From Armatimonadota bacterium (lineage in GTDB: Bacteria > Armatimonadota > UBA10988), in assembly GCA_016235455.1 (NCBI GenBank), contig JACRKZ010000138.1, forward strand, positions 1 to 64,000: a DNA stretch of 64,000 nt, written 5' to 3'. Below the pieces are notes generated by a model. It was given only the letters and a program-made list of their open reading frames with translations, was not told the origin of the DNA and searched no databases. Of the stretch, positions 60,052 to 64,000 are shown one piece after another (within the stretch, counting starts at the first letter, position 1; each line of letters begins with the position of its first letter). The translations under genes were made by a program, and so were the position numbers.

Positions 60052-61395
60052 ATGAGCAACCACCAAGAGGCGGATCCGGCTGCTGCGACCGGGGGGCAGT
60101 TCGTGATCGAGTTGCGTGACGCGTCTTCGGAGCCGCTCCAGGCAGAGCAGATGCTCGACACGTGGAGCGAGTTCGAGCGGGTGCTGCTTCGCGTCAGGCC
60201 ACCATACAGTATTGCGGTGGACGGCGTATGGGGCAGCGGCAAGACCAAGCTGCTGCGCGGGCTGTTCGCGAGTGCGAGCCAGTCGTGGCCTTGCGTCTGG
60301 TTCAGCGCCTGGGAGTACGCAATCTGCAGCGTACCTATCGTGCCAGCGATGCTCCGCAAGATAAGCGCCGTCCACGCAGCCGCGCTGAATGGGCGTGTTG
60401 CTAGGACTCTTCTATGGGGCGGGGCGGCAACCGCGGCGGATGCAGCGGCGAAATTCATGGGGCTTGGCACACCGCTGAGCGATCTGGTTGCGGCCAAGGC
60501 CAAACTCACCAAGGCCGAGGCAGAGCTACTGAACACGAAGTTCGCGCTGTACAAGGATCCCGTCGAAGCCATCAAGCGGGACTTCTTGTACCTGTCGGGG
60601 CGCATCGCCACCAAGTCCCAGGCCAATCCCGACGGAAGGCCGCTGCTTGTGTTCATGGACGACCTCGATCGTCTTGTACCGGACGAAGCGTTGACCGCCC
60701 TGCAAGGAGTGCGGTCACTTCTTGCGTGCTGGCGAACAGACGAGTTCGCGGCCGACGACGAGCGCAGGATCTACGGCTACGACCTCCCTCCACGTGCTCC
60801 AGTCATCTTCATCTGCGCGGCCGACCTAGGGAGCATCAGGGCAGCCGTCGCCGCTCGGTACAAGGAGGCCACGGCCAGCTTGCCAGAGCTGCCACACTCG
60901 TTTGTCAACAAGCTGTTCGCTCTGCGCTTCTTCGTCCCGGTTCTGCAGCGCGAACCGCTGGCAGCCATGCTTGAGGGGCGGTTCTCTGCCGTCTCGGGAC
61001 AGCGTAGCTCGTGGAACTGGCGTGGACTCCTCGATTGCGTGCCGGACGACCCCCAGTACCAGTACCGCACGCTGCTATACGCTGCCGATCTTGCGTCATT
61101 GATGTATGAGCATCTCTGCTGCGCCGACAGCGACCAGAGACTCCTGTTCTTCGCGGCCCTCATAGCCCAGACGACGCCGCACGACATAGGTATGGTGGCA
61201 GAAGCCGTTCTCCAAAGCAGCGGTGTTGACAGCCCTTTGCGCCGCGAGCTAGACTTGGCCGCAGCCGCGCTGGGCAGCGCAGAGCACACGGCGAATCGCC
61301 AGCGCCTCGCCCAACTACTGCTCCTCACCGCCGCGTGGGCTGTCTCAGGAACTGACTACACTACAAAGGGAAGCCGAGATGGCCGTCAAGGTTGA
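60052..61395 (+). CDS. KAP family P-loop NTPase
   Basis: AGGAGG RBS before ATG 60052; IAVDGVWGSGKT (Walker A), WFSAWEY, LLVFMDDLDRL (Walker B), IFICAAD, FVNKLFALRFFVP. Confidence 0.85.
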   Translation: MSNHQEADPAAATGGQFVIELRDASSEPLQAEQMLDTWSEFERVLLRVRPPYSIAVDGVWGSGKTKLLRGLFASASQSWPCVWFSAWEYAICSVPIVPAMLRKISAVHAAALNGRVARTLLWGGAATAADAAAKFMGLGTPLSDLVAAKAKLTKAEAELLNTKFALYKDPVEAIKRDFLYLSGRIATKSQANPDGRPLLVFMDDLDRLVPDEALTALQGVRSLLACWRTDEFAADDERRIYGYDLPPRAPVIFICAADLGSIRAAVAARYKEATASLPELPHSFVNKLFALRFFVPVLQREPLAAMLEGRFSAVSGQRSSWNWRGLLDCVPDDPQYQYRTLLYAADLASLMYEHLCCADSDQRLLFFAALIAQTTPHDIGMVAEAVLQSSGVDSPLRRELDLAAAALGSAEHTANRQRLAQLLLLTAAWAVSGTDYTTKGSRDGRQG

Positions 61396-62368
61396 GGCAA
61401 CCGAGCAGGTCCGACAACACAAAGCCGTGTGGGTGGCTTGGCCTACCGCGGCCATGGAGTCGACGGAGGCTCCGCCTGAGCCGCTCGGCCCCGTGCGGCC
61501 AGGAGCGCCGATTGGCGAAGCAGACCCCTTTGCCGACCAGCCTGACGAACCGCACCTCGTCTTCCGCGGCCTGCTCCACAACGGTCGTGATGACCTGCCT
61601 AAGGATCTCGCGATCCTGGTCACGCTGCCCCTGCAGGCGGACCTGCAGTCCGAGGGCGAGGCTGGTGCTACGCCGTTGACAGAGCGTGCTGAGGCAGCTG
61701 TCGAGACGCCAAGGACAAAAGGCTGCACTACTCTGGGGCAGAACGCCGACGAGTCCTGGCCGGACTGTGGCGCTGTTCGCCTCTACCTGACAGGCAAGAA
61801 GCACCACAGAGTGGCCTACCGGCTGGTGATGCAATGCCGCGGCTCCAATGCTCTGCGCGACACGTGCCAGTTCCACCGGGCGCTGGGGAGCGAGACCAAC
61901 AGGCACTACAGCGTTCGGTCGTGGAAGGACGAGATCGATGCGGCACCACTGCACCACTGCGAGGTGACCGCCGATGACGGGTGCTCGTTGACCGGGCCGG
62001 AAATGCCGGCAACGATCCAGGCCCTGGCCTCGCAAGTGTGGGAGCACGGCCGCGGTTTGCGTACACCGGACATCGATGCGCAGCGCAGCGCGCGGCACCT
62101 TGAGGACATTGCCGTCGGTCAGGCCAGTCCCGTCGGGTCGTCTCGGTCGGCAGTGGTCGAGGCAGTACTGGTTAGGCCGGTGGAGGCGCTGACCATCGCT
62201 CGAGTGCTCGGCTCTATCGGTGACGATCTCTGCGTTAAGGTGACCGGGAGTTACCTCGGCTCCGAGGCAGGCCAGGCATTGAGGGTCCGAATCGACGATG
62301 AGGCAGCCCGGAGGGAGGACTATCGACGGTCAGGTGGTTCAGGCGCCGAGGATCAGGACAGATCATGA
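61379..62368 (+). CDS. Hypothetical protein (possibly degenerate ACT-like repeats)
   Basis: 329-aa ORF overlapping both neighbours; weak ACT-like segments LYLTGKKHHRV and LTGPEMPATIQALASQVWEHG. Confidence 0.6.
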   Translation: MAVKVEATEQVRQHKAVWVAWPTAAMESTEAPPEPLGPVRPGAPIGEADPFADQPDEPHLVFRGLLHNGRDDLPKDLAILVTLPLQADLQSEGEAGATPLTERAEAAVETPRTKGCTTLGQNADESWPDCGAVRLYLTGKKHHRVAYRLVMQCRGSNALRDTCQFHRALGSETNRHYSVRSWKDEIDAAPLHHCEVTADDGCSLTGPEMPATIQALASQVWEHGRGLRTPDIDAQRSARHLEDIAVGQASPVGSSRSAVVEAVLVRPVEALTIARVLGSIGDDLCVKVTGSYLGSEAGQALRVRIDDEAARREDYRRSGGSGAEDQDRS

Positions 62369-63996
62369 CACCAACGCCCGTTGCGCGACAGCCGCTCGGC
62401 TGGCACAGCTGGCTGGCCGCCCAGTTGGGCGAGCTTGCGCTCGGCCCCCTTGTCGAGCAGGCGGCCACCTACGTCCGACATGTCTTCATCGATCCGCAGA
62501 AGCGCGCGCCAGAGGGCCAGCTGCAAGCCTTCAGAGCCTCCGAACACAAGGGGCATGAGTATCCCGACCTTTGGATGAACAGCATAGTCTACATGTCTCT
62601 ATGGAAGCTGTGCCACGGAGTTGGCGACTACTCGTTCACTGGTGTTCCAGGGATAGACACGCAGACGCAGCAAGACATCAATGAGCTGTGGGCCTATGGC
62701 GTTGGTTGGATGGACGATACGGCGCGCGGCGCGCAGTTCTGTCTTCCTGGCGGCAATGACAGCCCGGATGACTATGGCCAAGCAGGTGTGTCGAACACCT
62801 TCTCCCTCGCAATGTACGTGTTCGTGCGCTCTCACTTCGCGCGCGGCAAGGAGTTCGACCTCGGCACCAACCTTGAGCCAGCATTCGTCAGCCCCGCCGT
62901 GCCGGTCCAAGCCGTGCGGATGTTGCTGCAGACCCGGAGCGGCAATGGCTGGTGGCAGACCCAGGCCCGAGCAGACGGTCGCGGGTGGATGCGCGACGCA
63001 GCTACCGGCGATGAGCGCACAGACAGATACGACGTTCAGGCAACAGCGGTTGCGGTCTCGGCTCTCGGTGACTGGTTGGTCACTATTGGCCAGCATCGCA
63101 GATGGCAGTTCACTCGTTGGCTCACCGAGAAGGGGCTCCTCGCCTCGAATCTGCCACCCATTCACCGAGCTGCCCAGCGGGACTGGCTGCTTCGCACATC
63201 GCGCCACCAGTTCTGGGAGGACGACGACTGGCTCAAGAGGGCGACAGAGCTACGTTGGTCGGAGGCCGACCGAGCCGGCCTGCTGACTGACGAACTCCGA
63301 CAGAAGTGGTATGAGACGGCCGAAGTAGCTGAAGCTGCGGTGGCGCAGAGAAACGGCGTCACGCCCGTCGAGTGGATTGGGCTATGCCAGAGCGTTCGGC
63401 AGGCCCGAGACGATGGCATCGGGCAACTGGTCAGCGCACGCCTGGACCGGGGCGATTGGCCGCGGTGGTTCGACTCAGCCGCCAACGAGTACGGCGGCTA
63501 TGGCGACATCCTCGTCGCCTGTGATGTTCTATACGCACTGGACCGCTTCGGCGGACGGGCCGGCAAGGACGTCAGCAGCCTGGTCGACGATGGCTGCTCG
63601 TACCTCTGGCGCGAGGCAGGCTTGTCCGATCCAGATCGGCTCCCACTATGGCCGTCGGAACACCAGCCGGGCCTCGCCGCCGGGCAACCTGGCGGCGAGG
63701 AGGACAGCCGCCGGGTGGAGGAAGTCGCTCGCGTGTGCGCCGTACTGTTCAGAGCCAGGTACGCCGTCTACTTCCCCGCCCTCCTGCGGGGACTCAGTTG
63801 GCTGCTCCGTACCTCAATCCGCGACGCCGCCCCAGACCCCGACGGCCACGTTGGCCTCAAGCACGTCTGGGCGCTCTATGCCCTCATCGAAATACTACGG
63901 CGGCACGACATCTACCAGCAAGGGTACGAGCAGACGACGGAGCGGATGTTGGCCCCTAGTCGTGACTGGGTGCCCTCAGGCCCACTTGGATGCTGA
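62365..63996 (+). CDS. Prenyltransferase/squalene-cyclase-repeat-like alpha/alpha-toroid protein
   Basis: ATGA overlap with the upstream ORF; QW-like repeats MLLQTRSGNGWW and QLVSARLDRGDW, helices DVQATAVAVSAL and ILVACDVLYAL, also DGCSYL and RGLSWLL. Confidence 0.55.
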   Translation: MTPTPVARQPLGWHSWLAAQLGELALGPLVEQAATYVRHVFIDPQKRAPEGQLQAFRASEHKGHEYPDLWMNSIVYMSLWKLCHGVGDYSFTGVPGIDTQTQQDINELWAYGVGWMDDTARGAQFCLPGGNDSPDDYGQAGVSNTFSLAMYVFVRSHFARGKEFDLGTNLEPAFVSPAVPVQAVRMLLQTRSGNGWWQTQARADGRGWMRDAATGDERTDRYDVQATAVAVSALGDWLVTIGQHRRWQFTRWLTEKGLLASNLPPIHRAAQRDWLLRTSRHQFWEDDDWLKRATELRWSEADRAGLLTDELRQKWYETAEVAEAAVAQRNGVTPVEWIGLCQSVRQARDDGIGQLVSARLDRGDWPRWFDSAANEYGGYGDILVACDVLYALDRFGGRAGKDVSSLVDDGCSYLWREAGLSDPDRLPLWPSEHQPGLAAGQPGGEEDSRRVEEVARVCAVLFRARYAVYFPALLRGLSWLLRTSIRDAAPDPDGHVGLKHVWALYALIEILRRHDIYQQGYEQTTERMLAPSRDWVPSGPLGC

Positions 63997-64000
63997 TGGG

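Larger units (their letters stand above)
59820..64000. mobile_element. Putative horizontally acquired island (left edge; continues beyond the window)
   Basis: Hand count gives 47/60 G+C at 59641-59700 and 31/60 at 59881-59940; many more A/T-ending codons downstream. No integrase seen in the window. Confidence 0.6.

Overview
GC-rich bacterial chromosomal DNA. Three DUF1559/H-X9-DG pilin-like genes, DUF6785/6784, DUF362 and many secreted glycan-active enzymes suggest Armatimonadota or a similar lineage (inference). Housekeeping genes (cysTWA, metY, cysS, nnr, nuoA-C-D-E-F, serS, short purH, metXW, lepA, kdgK, a P-type ATPase, a DUF1998 helicase, nurA) are interspersed with secreted CAZymes, a hicAB toxin-antitoxin pair and at least three families of intergenic REP-like palindromes. 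I saw no rRNA, tRNA, CRISPR array, transposase or integrase. Main leads: (1) a lower-GC island starting at about 59.82 kb replaces the 3' end of a membrane-protein gene, carries its own promoter, and encodes a coupled operon of a KAP P-loop NTPase, an unknown protein, a prenyltransferase/terpene-cyclase-like protein and probably a further gene running off the window; this is a candidate new defence or conflict system. (2) A Met-rich, pilin-derived 55-aa ORF leads the metY operon, with Rrf2-like boxes around its promoter. (3) LacI-type operators sit at identical positions in front of two tandem pilin-like genes. (4) A nuo operon lacks nuoB. (5) A chimeric GH78 pseudogene is missed by the ORF track. 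All family assignments come from motif recognition by eye; no database searches were run.
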